Positions 51,952 through 64,000 of a DNA stretch of 64,000 nt are shown here, piece after piece; the first letter of the stretch is position 1; each line of letters opens with the position of its first letter. The DNA comes from Octopus bimaculoides (taxonomy: Eukaryota). Both the position numbers and the translations under genes were made by a program. The stretch covers positions 57,994,827 to 58,058,826 of the forward strand of contig NC_068995.1 of NCBI RefSeq assembly GCF_001194135.2. The letters are read 5' to 3'. Under the pieces are notes generated by a model. It did not search any database, was not told where the DNA came from, and worked only from the letters and a program-made list of their open reading frames with translations.

Positions 51952-52838
51952 GTCTAAAATCACACTTGTCTTAACCATGAATTTAGTCTACATTACAGAA
52001 TCTGCTTCTTTAGAACTTCATACAACCAGCAACTTTTACTATAACTGTATTTGTCAAACAAGTGACTGAGTAATTTTCACAATGAATTTGATTGTCTACA
52101 GGCATACAATAAAAGAGTACAACACTGAGACATAAAGGAATTAGCTTTCTATGTCAAAGACAGTAAGTTGTAATACATAAACATGCTTAGATAGTTTATC
52201 AAGAGCCAGCAGAATCAGTTCATGCACAGCATTTTCAGTACTAAATCACTAAGTTTTCATTAAATTAAAAAGTATCTTGCTTTAAAATTATGCTATATCA
52301 CCACTAATTACTTTTGTAATCTAAAAGTTTTTACAAGACACAAAAATGTACTTCAATCTGCAATTTTCATTAATATAAGTTTCAACAAATCTAAACAATT
52401 TCTTGTTTATATTATTTGTTTTTTGCTAGTTTTTTCTTGAGAGGGGGGTCTTCATTATTCTCATTAGCTTAAACACTTCATTGTGTTGTTTTCTAACAGT
52501 CACAAAAATACTTCCTGTCATTTTAATAGTTAACATAAAGAAATAAGTTAAAGATTACAGGAATATTATAATGTTGCTGCAGTTTTATTCATTAAATGGA
52601 ATATTTCCTCACCATCTATTTTTCATGTTAGCTAGCATGAGCACTTTGGTTTTACAGATGTTGAATATCTAATGGAAAACATTTTTCTCATTGGCTGATC
52701 TTCCTAAAACCATTTGCAAAGGATTTCACAAAAGTTATGTTGAAGATGATAAAACAATTGTAGCCATTTTTATTCTGTATGAATAGGAACCGCTTTTGTA
52801 CTTCAGCAAATCTTAACCTGCTTGGCTAACCAGTGTTT

Positions 52839-53047
52839 CTACTCTGCGCACAAGGTCCGAAATTTTGGGGGAGGGGGCCAGTTGATTAGATCGATCCCAG
52901 TACACAACTGGCACTTAACTTATTGACCCTGAAAGAATGAAAGGCAAAGTCAACCTCGGCGGAATTTGAACTCTAAACTTAAAGACAGATGAAATACCGC
53001 TAAGCATTTTGCCCAGCTGGCTAACGTCTCAGCCAGCTGGCTGCCTT
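52839..53047 (-). mobile_element. tRNA-derived SINE family A, alternative-tail subfamily
   Basis: Same head and central block as 6150-6375. 13-bp TSD CTAACCAGTGTTT at 52826-52838 and 53048-53060. Confidence 0.92.
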
Positions 53048-53527
53048 CTAACCAGTGTTTATTACTGGTATAATGACCTTCCCAAGAGAAAACTAACACT
53101 TATTGTTTGCATTAAGAATAGCATCCAACTGTACAAGCTTTTTTAACAGTATACAAATGATCAAGTTTTGAAGTGTCATTTGCATTCAAGCATCTACAGA
53201 ATGGATATAAAATAGGATTTTCAAAGAATTATAGCCATGCAGCAGTTGTGCATTACAATGCAGTGATTCATATCAATATTATTTATCTTGAACTTATAAA
53301 TATAATATGAAGAGAAACCACCTTCAATTGATAGTCAAGGGTAATTAATACCTTACAATAAAACACCCTTACTAATTCCTTATTATCCACATTTTCTTAA
53401 ACACTCGATTTTCAATGCTAGAAAAATATTCAACTGCAGTATATTTGGAAAGACGGTTGCCTTTGTTTTGGGAGGACTTATTGACACCAGTGTGTGTGTG
53501 TGTGTATGTGTGTGTGTGTGTGTGTGG

Positions 53528-53575
<48 letters not shown>

Positions 53576-53865
53576 AGTGTGTTGTGATATTAGTTCATGT
53601 ACTCATAGAGAACATGACGTACTAGAATTACTAGATAATAGTTGCCTCTAATACTAATACTCTAAACTGTTCACTTCTCAGGCTTATTAACTTAGCCCAT
53701 TCTTTTGTAGGATCTTCTATACTCTGCGTCAGCTGTATCTATAATTGAATTACTTCGTGATTACTCTGCTTAGACCACTTCAGTGTAACAAGGATTCAGT
53801 TAATTCTACTTGACATTATCTCAGCTTTCCCCCATGATGGCCATAATGATTACACTTCATAATGA

Positions 53866-54828
53866 AGACCTGGGATGAGGTGATGACGCACGACCTTCGA
53901 ACCTTAGGCCCCACCAAGGCAATGACCAGTGACCGGGACCTTTGGAAATATGCAGTACGTGAGAAGACCCGGCAAGGCAAGTGAGAGCATAATCTGTGAT
54001 CTCTGCCAGAAGTGTAGCCAGCTCACTAATTCGTATCTTTACTTCATTGGACACTAAAAACCCTGCTTGTGAAGACCTGTTGAAGCAAGTGAATTCGGAA
54101 TTTGAAATCGAAATCGAACCGAATCCGACGACTGGCACCCATGCCAACCTCTCCTTCATTGGACTCTAAACTCTGCTTGCAAAGACCTGTTGGGGCAAGT
54201 GAAATCGTAATTGAACCATACTCGATGACTGGCACCTGCACCAGTGGAGCACTAACAGCACTGTCCGAGCAAATTCATTGCCAGAGCAGCTGTCTGGCTT
54301 CCGTGCTAGTGGCCCATAAATAGCACCATTTGAGTGTAATCATTACCAGCGTTGCCTTCTAGCACTTGTGCTGGTGGCACGTTAGAAAATCATTCGTGCA
54401 AGGTCGTTGCCAGTGCCGCTGGACTGGCTCCCGTGCAGGTGGCACGNNNNNNNNNNNNNNNNNNNNNNNNNNNNNNNNNNNNNNNNNNNNNNNNNNNNNN
54501 NNNNNNNNNNNNNNNNNNNNNNNNNNNNNNNNNNNNNNNNNNNNNNNNNNNNNNNNNNNNNNNNNNNNNNNNNNNNNNNNNNNNNNNNNNNNNNNNNNNN
54601 NNNNNNNNNNNNNNNNNNNNNNNNNNNNNNNNNNNNNNNNNNNNNNNNNNNAAAGCACCCACTACACTCTCGGAGTGGTTGGCGTTAGGAAGGGCATCCA
54701 GCTGTAGAAACTCTGCCAGATCAGATTGGAGCCTGGTGCAGCCTTCTGGCTTGCCAGTCCTCAGTTAAATCGTCCAACCCATGCTAGCATGGAAAGCGGA
54801 CATTAAACGATGATGATGATGATGATGA
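53866..54828 (+). mobile_element. 5'-truncated RTE LINE with long repetitive 3'UTR (N gap 54447-54651)
   Basis: KTWDEVMTHDLRTLGPTKAMTSDRDLWKYAVREKTRQGK* followed by a 3'UTR closely matching copies 1 and 2 and a (GAT)n tail. Confidence 0.9.
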
Positions 54829-57099
54829 ATGATGGCCGAGTGATTACACCTCAGCACATTTCCTTCATTTTATATTTCACAAGCTTATAATGCATGAAAT
54901 GCCTATACGAGACCTCACAACACTAATCACAATAAAATATAAACTTTTTTAACCAGATTTTTTTTTTTTTTTTAATAGTGACTTCATACATACTTGAACA
55001 TGAAATGCAACCACCAATTAAAGGTATATGCAAATTAGCATGTAAGCATCAATATAGGCATCACCTATCTACTATGTAGTGATCCAATGGAAATTAAAAT
55101 TTTAAATATTCTTTCAAAATACAAAAATTATGCAGTCAATGCCAAAAAGTCAACTCCCAGCTAGATTGAAGTTATTTTACAGAAGTTTAAATTTCAGAAA
55201 AGCCTGAAAGGCAACACTTAACATTTCTCCTCCCTCATAGATACGAGACTCAATAAAAACAAACTCTATACAACTTCCAAGAATGTTTTTTTCCAGCAAT
55301 GTAGGAAATACTAAATTAACTACAGAGGTGAGAGTAGCTGAGAGACGGCCATTGTTACACAGTCTGACAAAGGTTAGCAGGACAAAAGCTTAAATTATTT
55401 TTATTATAACTTGACATAGAAACAGAAAAAAATACTTATTTATTTTTTATTCAGACAACCAGAAATGTCCTTTCTCCAATTATACTAATACCTATGTATA
55501 TGTTATTGATAAAGCTTTAAATTTGATTGTCCAACTCTTCTTATCTTTTACATTCACATTGCCATCTCTTGTTTTTCTATAAAATAAAAACTTGATTATA
55601 CTAATTTTAGTCATCCTTTTAAATGCTTTCTTTTCTGCTCTGAAAACCACTCCACTTTTCATACACTTATTACACTTTCAATTTTATTGAAATAAAAATA
55701 ACATTTAATTAAAGTATTTGTAAAAAGAAAAGTAAATCCAATTAAGATAACAATTAAAATAAAATAAAAAATTTTGAAATTTTTGTGAAAAAAAATCAAT
55801 AATTTGCATTTAGTTTTATTGTGGATATGAGAAAAGAAAGCTATTTAAAGGCACATTGCAATTAGCAATGAAAAATATATAAAATATTTTTTATAAAAAT
55901 TACCCCTGTAGAGGTGGTATTCTACAAATATTGTTTTTCAAAGACTGTATATAAATGTCTTTTGTTTCCAATTGGATATTGAAAGTTATAGTTATTATAC
56001 ATTTAAGAGAATTTAAGCTTCGTTATTTTTGGAAAGTATTTCTGGTTTTCTTCAATGAAATTTAATCTGAATTCTACGTATTGATATTATCTCTTCAATA
56101 TTAACATTAAAAAAATGTAAGTGATAATCTAAATAGCTTATTAACAAGAAGTTTTCTCTTTTATTTTTTCTCCGCTTCCAAAATGTTCTAAACTCCTTTT
56201 CAGACAATCCTTTCTTATGTACTCCTACTCACAACTGGAGAGATTACTGATTGAAACATTGAGTACTTAACTGCAATAAAACATTAAATGTGGATTGCAC
56301 CTAACTATTCAACTGACTACCTCTTTCATAGGCCTGCTCAGCCAGAGCTCACCTGGCACTAAAACACCAATAACATAAAGTAAGGTTATGTTTAAGCAGT
56401 GATGTGGGTACACTGGTATAATTGCATAATCCAATATCCTGAATAATCCTTTACAGAGCTAGTATTAAATCTAGTTTCTATAAAGTTAGACAAACGATAG
56501 ACAGAACTACCTCTTCTAATTAAGAGACTGGTACATCGAGGCTTGCTTTCTTATCTAATTCCAAAGCTCAGTAAACAAAGAATGTGTGTTACCTAGAAGC
56601 TAGTATTTATTGTATCAACACAGCAGCAGATGTATACAAAGTAAAACCCAACGCCAAGTAGGATTGAAATTTCAATTTTGAGGGTATTGAACCAAAAGCA
56701 GACATCTGCCCATTACCCAATTAATATATAAAAACAAGACAATGGAGAAAACACAATTCAAGTTAAACATAATATCATAGTAAATTGATCCACAGAAGAC
56801 AATTTCCTTTCTTTTACATGCCTAAATGGTTGAGATAATTTATTGTGAAAATAAGCAAAATTTTGAAATTAAACTCATTTTCTATTTCCATGTTTTGCAC
56901 TATGTAGGTCTCAATAAGTCCATTCTCGGACCATACTTTTGTGCCTGTTCCTACAGACACTTGCATGCATACACATAGCACTACTGCAGTATCTAGTCAC
57001 TACTACCATCAGCCCCACTCACATTCTCCTACCCTCCTCACACATCTCTCTTTCCCAATCCCCTTTCCCAGCCCACCTACACTCCATCTGTCCCACCCA

Positions 57100-58320
57100 C
57101 TTCCCTTTCTACTACCTCTCCCTCCTGACTTAACTCTTTCCACAAGTATCCTCCTTTGTAGAGGCCTTCATTTCACACTAACTAACACCTACCAGCAATT
57201 ATATCTACACCTGAACGAAGATCGAACAGTCTCTGCACTGCATCAAACTATGCACCATCATGGACCAAGACCACCACCTGTAGCACAAGACACTGGGTCA
57301 GAGCCAGTTCTACACCCTGGATTTATTTACTGACGCCTATCACCATGTATGCATCACTTCAACTTTCAAAAGTATTCTTCCATACCAAACTCCTCACTCT
57401 CTGCTCCTTTTGAGGTTGGGATGATCTTGTGATCAAATTGGTAAACAAGGGTTGAGTTGTGGTCATGCGATGTGCTGACCACTCCAAGAACCAACACTAT
57501 GCAATAGTTCTGGAACCTCCTCTTTGTCATTTGCCTCTCAACACCTACCACTACTACCAACACTGTATTTCATCCACTATCCAATGACTCATCTCCTCCT
57601 CCTCCTTCCTCCCTCCACTGCCTCCAACCCCATACACTTCTTCCCCAAGATCCATCAACCCAAAACCCTGTAATTGCCCAACTGAACTCATCTCTCCCTA
57701 CCTCAACACCTGGTGGCTGCTCTCTGCTCCCACATCCATGACACCAACCATGCCCTCCACCTCTTCCCTCAGCCCCTCACACTTCATTTTCACCATGGAC
57801 ATCCATATCCTACATATCCCCACACACTTGCTCAGCCCTCACACCATTCTTTATCTTAGTAGCTCAACTCTCTTTGTTTAGCCAAGCTTGTGCTCACCCT
57901 TAATTGCTTTTTTTTTTTTTTCTTCATAGGTTAAGACATAGGAACAGTTCACTGGAGTGGACATAGGAACAACAATCGGACTGAACTGCACCAGCCTAAC
58001 TATTGGCCACATCAAGTCCAAATCTCCCAGTTTATCTCACCTACTCCTGGAGCTAAACACTTTCATCTCCTTCAGCAGTTCTTAATCACTGCCTCTCTCC
58101 AGTTTATGGCCTCCATCTCTGTTACCCCCATTTCCCTTACCTCAATACCTTACCCTCACCAATTCTGTCTTCTACAAACACACAAACTCTCATTTTGTTC
58201 TTATCCTCACACCCACCTACACCAAGCTCTCCATCCTCTATTCTCAGTCCCTGCAGTAGGAACCACAACAGGACCCATTTCTTCATTTGACATGGTTACA
58301 CACCTACCCCTTATCTGATC
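57100..58320 (+). mobile_element. Decayed Penelope-like element RT region
   Basis: Ordered remnants LLCRGLHF (LSKGLxF), DLVIKLVNKG*VVVM (DIVIKPADKG), FPKIHQP (LPKIHKP), FTMDI, GVDIGT (GVAMGT) and LSILYSQ (SIPYSQ). Confidence 0.75.
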
Positions 58321-60479
58321 CACCATCTCTAATACCTATGACATTGATTGCACTTCAGTGAATAATGAAGTTTTATTATCAACTATGTCTCATCTACAAG
58401 TGATATGAAATCAATTAAAATTATAAAACAATACTTACTAATAAATAAAATGAATTGCTATATTGTTTATTCCTCTGGTAAGTACACCACATATGAAATA
58501 TATTCTGGAAAAAAATAAAACATAGATAAATTAAAATGAAAGAACATTATAAAATACATTTAAAAACGCTTTCATTAACCAAAAGACTCATAAAATAGTT
58601 ATATTGAGGGAAAATAATAAGGCATTAAACTATTTTGAAAAGAACAGAGGGCAATACTTGTTTATCGGAGCAAATCTGAAGTGTTTTTCAAGTGTAAGAA
58701 GATCTAAAAGAAATTCCACTGACATCATTTTCATAAAATGTTCACATTTCCATTCATTATCAATTCATATTCAATCCTACTGCAGGTGTGCATTATTTTG
58801 TACTTATTTCTACATTAGCTTTCCATTATCTCAGTAATTCTACTTTATGTCAGTTAAACTAGCTGGTGGGGAATCGGTACCAAATCTTCTGAGAATGTAA
58901 CCTGTGAGAGATCACTGTCCTATTCAACTGGAGATTCAAGAAGGGATTTGGAAACCTTAAAACTTTACCTCAGGACTTTGGAATTGTTTAGTTCTACATT
59001 TATCTTATATTATTGAACATGCATTAGGAAAGTAGTAATTCAGCACCTACATGTGAAAGACATTCATTTTGGAAACTGAATATAACAAATATTGAATATA
59101 AAAAATAGAAATGGTAATTTTGGAATACATATCTTGAATTGTATACATTCCAAAATTATTGCTTTTATTTTTATATCAAAACTGTTTTTACATGGTGTGT
59201 AAAAAAAAATTTCAAGTTACAATTTCACTAAACTAATTGTAAGTGATAATACATGATAAAATGTTTATATTTTAACACATCCTAATTTGTAAGATATGCA
59301 ACATGTAATATTAAATGTATATCAGCTGAGATCAATTCTGAAATCAATTGAGCTAAATGATAATTGATAAGTAGGTGAATAACCTCAGACCAAAATATTG
59401 ATCGACTCACCTCAGTCAAAGTCCAAACCATTGTTATCCTACTAAAAAAGAGTAAACTAATTCCACATAAAATTGGATAAACCTATTAGACAGCACAAAA
59501 TGCAGGTGGTTAATCCTTGGTTGTATTTAATAATCAATAGAATGATTTGCCAGTAATACAGTTCTACCTGAATGGCTGATATCAATGCTAAGACAAAATT
59601 AGACTATGCTTGGGATTTATGGACCTCTGAAAGATAAGATTAAGAATAAAGACTTTGATGTAATGCATTTGTATGTGATAAAATCCAAAATCTTATACAT
59701 AGATTAATAATCTGTAAAGCAAAAGAAATTGTAGGATAATTCATGACAGAAATGACATTTAAAAAAGGTAAACAAAGGGAAAGGTTAATATTTTAAAAAT
59801 GGAAAGTCTTTCATTTTAAATAATTCTGAGATAAATGAAGTATAATAATACACAACAGCAAAATAAAAGAGATGCTATTTTCAGGTGCCACTTTTGCAAT
59901 CTGAAGATGTAATATGGAAATGTAAATGAGAAAAATTGTGGCATTCTTCCATTTTCCAATGGCATTAGGCAATGTAGATGAAATACAATACATTGTCAGG
60001 TTTAGGAATTGGTCAAACAGCATCTTATTGTAGATGTACTCCAAAGAATTCCTCTTGGATATAAAATAATACTATTAAGCTAAAAACAGGATTAACAAAA
60101 TTCATATATTGTCATTCTCACAAATAATTAAAATTTCAAGGCCAACTCTAAACTTATTTTTCTCTAATTTTATATTGCAATATTTTTTGTCTTTGGATAT
60201 CAGGAGAATAAATAACTGGCTAGTTTAGATGACAACAAGACATTCCATGAAAATAGTGGCTTCAGTTCAACAAATATTGATTCTTTCTTTCTTTTACGAA
60301 ATTAAAACCAGCTTTGTTTCTCAAATCAATTCAATAAAAGTTGATAATTAGTTGAGATTTAAAGATTCTAAAATAGTTTTTCTCACTCTCATTCGTATTT
60401 AACAACTATGCTGGTCCTATGGTGGACATTTGTCCTCAGCCATTTGAGTTTCTGCTCTAAACTGTGGTCACCTTACAGT

Positions 60480-61013
60480 GTAGGATTAATATCAGAACTT
60501 GAGGCAGTTCAGTGATACTACATAAGGAAGATTGCATCAATGGAACAACTGAGCTACTTGGAGTGACTGAAAGAACAACAACTCTACACCCTGGACGGGA
60601 GAGGTATGCAGTGATATATGTGTGGAAGATTCTGGAGGGGCTGGCACCAAGCTTTGGAATTGAGAGTTATATGAGACGTCAGTGCACTATTGCAAAAGTC
60701 CTAGCTATCTCATCTAAAGTGAGGACCATGTAGTGCAATAGCTTGGGATTCAAGGGCCCACAGCTATTTAACACCAAGCCAAAACATCAGAGGGATGTGG
60801 AGTGGAGATAGATGTTTTCAAGAAACAACTTGCCTTCTTGCTATCTAAGATCCGAGATGAACCAGTATCAAGGCAGGAAGCTCAAATGAGGGCAGCAGTA
60901 TCGAACTCCAATCATTGCCAAAAGCCAATCCCATAGAATTGACCAATTAAAAGGTGATTATACTGACGGTGCCTCAGCATGGCCACAGCCTCAGGACCAA
61001 AACTTAAAAGAAT
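60480..61013 (+). mobile_element. CR1/L2-group LINE 3' end
   Basis: RERYAVIYVWKILEGLAP, NSLGFKGPQLFN, DVFKKQL...SKIRDEP...RAAVSNS, then tail GGTGCCTCAGCATGGCCACAG. Confidence 0.75.
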
Positions 61014-61521
61014 ATATATATATGAAATATATTCTACACTTTTACTGATTTTATTTATAAGTGTACTGGCTGAGAATCAAATCAATGCTGATGAAGGCTG
61101 GAGAGTATGTCATCCGAAACATTGTGTTAACAACAAACAAGATGAGGACAAATATCCGTCAATTGTAAATAATGTCACATAATTCCTCAATTCTTAAATA
61201 TAGAACTGTACAATGCTGCACATTTTGACAGAGAGAGAGTTCATGGTATGGTTAGATGCATGAAACCTTTGATAAAGAGCTAACCAGACATGCACACACA
61301 TATCACTTACATTTTTTCCATACTGGCATGAGAAAACGAAATTTGTTGAGCTAGTTTTCTTCAGCCAGATGCTGTTCCTGTCACCAATCCTTTTTTTTTT
61401 CCAAGTAGATTATATTTCCTTGTCTTTTACAAGATAACCCAAGGTGTGACAGGAACAAACCCAAAACCACAGTTTTAAAATTAACTTCTTAACTACACAG
61501 CCATATCTGCACATTTCTCCA

Positions 61522-61561
<40 letters not shown>

Positions 61562-61587
61562 CCCCCCCTCACACACACAAAACCAAT

Positions 61588-62790
61588 CAGCATCAGCATC
61601 ATCATCATCATCAAGCATCCATTTTCTATGCTTGAATGGATTAGGGTTAGACTGAAACTGGTAAGCCAGAGAACTGTACCAGACTGCAGTCTGGTTTGGC
61701 TTGGCTTCCAAGGCTGGATGCTGTTCCTAACACCAACCACTCTAAGAGTGTAGTGGGTGCCTTTTACATGTCACCAGCACTGGCCACAGTTGGTTTGACA
61801 TGCCTTCTCAAGTACAGCAAATCACCAAATGTCTCAATCACTTGTAATCACCTCCATGAGACTCAACATCCACAGATCATGCTTCACCACCTCATCCTAT
61901 GTCTTCCTGGATCTACCTCTTCCACAGGTTCCTTTCACAATTAGAGATCAGAGCTTCTTTACACACTTGTCATCATCCATACTCATAGCATGAACATACC
62001 AGCACAGTCTTCTCTCTTGCACACCACATCTGATGCCCAGTTTTTCTCTCAAGATACTTACGCTCTGTTGCTCATGCACATCTAGCAAAGCATACTGGCT
62101 TCATTTCTTTTAAGCCTTAACACATCCTCTGCAGGCACAGCCCATGTTTCACTGCCATGTAGCATGGCTGTTCGTACACAGGCATCATACAATCTGTCTT
62201 TCATTCTGTGGGAGAGGCACCTCATTACTAACAGAGGTAGTAGCTCTCTGGACTTTACCCAGCCTATTCTTATTCTAGCAATTATGCTTTCAGATCATCC
62301 ACCTCCACTGCTGACTTGCTTACAGTGGGCACACCTGATGAAGTTTCTACCTATGCCTTTTCTACATATCGAGCAGGGCCATCTCCCTGAAGGAATTTGT
62401 GATTTATCCATTTTTCTACATACGTAAACTTTGGTCTTTGTTAGCATTAGCTCTAAGGCCCTTTGATTCCAGAACTTGCTTCCACACCTGAAATTTCTTT
62501 TCTAGTTCTGGTAATGATTCAGCTATAAGAACAAAGTCATCAGCATAGAGGAGCTGTCAATGGAAGTCCATCTTAAATTCCTCTGTTATAGCCTGGAGGA
62601 CTATGATGAACAAGAGGGGGATGAGGACTGATCCTTGGTGAACTCCTACTTGTACAATGGATTCACTGCTATACTCAGCAACCTTCACCTTACTGACAGT
62701 ATCTCTGTACATGGCTTGTACCACTCACCTACTATTCATCTATCCCTAGTTTCCGCATTGAACACCAGATAAGGGATCGGGGAATCCTGG
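61588..62790 (-). mobile_element. Older RTE LINE with RT core and partially deleted PHD finger
   Basis: Minus strand: VGVHQGSVL.PLLFIIV...LLYADDFVLIAE...GRWPCSICRKGIGRNFIRCAHCK[deletion]QVSSGGG...AMLHGSETWAV...; (ATC)n tail on + at 61588-61613. Confidence 0.9.
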
Positions 62791-64000
62791 TACAATAGGA
62801 ACCATGGGGAAATATGACAAGAAAAAAGTGAGCTATTATGAAAAGAAGATGCTGATCCCTGTCATAGAATATGAAACTGAAAAGTTAAATATGAACTGAG
62901 TGTAAAGTGAGAAAACCCTGAGGCATGAGTCATGTTAAGCAGTCTTTGGCTATAGAAATATTCCAGTATGATACACAGTGGTAATATGGCAACTTTACGA
63001 TTCCAATATCAAATTATCAATAATCTTGAACCTTGTCTCTTCTTCACTGAATCCTGCTATTAATAAATGATAGTCCGGTATGTAGACATTACACTGCAAC
63101 TTAATTAAAGCTGAATTCATGTCTAGGTCAATAGACATCTCTTTATCATTACAATTTCTCTCGTTGTATATCTATTTTTATCTCTACTGCAACAAAAATA
63201 ATTGCACAGGTTTAACTTTACGCATTAAAATTAAAGAAAAATTATATTTTCCACTTAATACAAAAAAAAAAAAAAATTGATTTCTCCTGACTAGAGAGAC
63301 AACAACAATTTTCACTGCTTATAAAATTGATCCCACTGCATTGTTGATACTAGTGTCTCACCAACCACAAATAAGATGAAAGGTAGCATCTGAACTCTAA
63401 ATGTAGACAGGACACAATATTGCTAAGACATCTAATTTGGTTCACCACTCTTTCTGCTCACTTAACATTCAATTACTTAATGAAAATGTAGATAATATTA
63501 AGAATTATACATTGAAAATGTTCCTAGCAAAAATATTGAATTCATAAACGGATTTCCCACTGCCACCGCAAGATATATTTTGTTTATTCTCTATAAATAA
63601 ATAGAAAACAAATTTTAAAGGATCAAATTTTGAATATGACATTGCAAACAATTCCCTATTATAAACAAGAAGTTTATAAGCTCCATTGGCAACTATTCAT
63701 ACGAAATACAAGAACTACAAAAATAATACAAGAAAATGTTCTCTTGCCTTTGTCTTAAATGTTTACATATAATCATTGATTCTTTTTTAGTTGCTTTTTA
63801 ACTCAAGCTGGCTAGCCATCTATCAATCTCTCTCTCACTATGCTTGTTGCTACCTATTTACACCAACTGGCAAGGTTATGGTTTCATTAAAAATGTGATT
63901 GGATAACAAAACAGAATCAAATAAGCACTAAGTTAAAATTGTATCTGTTGGATAAAAATGTCTGCAGCTAAATTACAGATGATTGATTTTTTTTTTTTTT

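Larger units (their letters stand above)
600..61560. repeat. Numerous microsatellites: (TA)n ~604, 13297, 29495; (TAG)n ~1690; (CATT)n ~2080; (GA)n ~7770, 23510, 28400, 31523, 43860, 53550, 61525; (CA/TG)n ~28372, 43622, 49838, 53490; (CTG)n ~40460; (ATT)n ~41470
   Basis: Directly visible simple repeats; several abut N gaps. Confidence 0.95.

Noticed and set aside
4766-54768. Long ORFs in the track containing X runs
   Set aside because: They are open only because they cross N gaps; apart from the RTE segments they have no coding support.
52021-55330. Strong-looking splice-site pairs (~52102-52162, ~52659-52780, ~55241-55327)
   Set aside because: All three frames are closed between acceptor and donor, except for an unverifiable 31-nt variant near 55297-55327.

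Overview
AT-rich animal genomic DNA from a draft assembly with nine N-gaps. It is almost certainly cephalopod (Octopus-like), inferred from the SINE families, the RTE tails ending in (GAT)n and the dense microsatellites. No complete host protein-coding gene, rRNA, true tRNA gene or CRISPR array is visible. The window reads as intronic or intergenic DNA packed with transposable-element remains. These include two nearly identical young RTE LINE copies (a Cys/His PHD-like finger sits inside their RT), older RTE fragments, HERO-like and R4/Dong-like restriction-endonuclease LINE fragments, CR1/L2-type fragments and three Penelope-like fragments. There is also a decayed hAT (Charlie-type) transposase, an intact hAT MITE with an 8-bp TSD, a deleted mariner, several tRNA-derived SINE families and a 39-bp minisatellite. 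The most notable observations are the PHD finger between RT motifs YADD and YLG, a CpG-decayed minimal hammerhead ribozyme relic, a SINE/LINE shared 3' tail, SINE tail swapping and a stop-free RT fragment of a divergent Penelope-like clade. A few small splice-flanked open segments may be exons of an unidentified host gene, but neither strand nor identity can be established. All family assignments come from manual translation and remembered motif consensus, not from database searches; element boundaries without TSDs are approximate.
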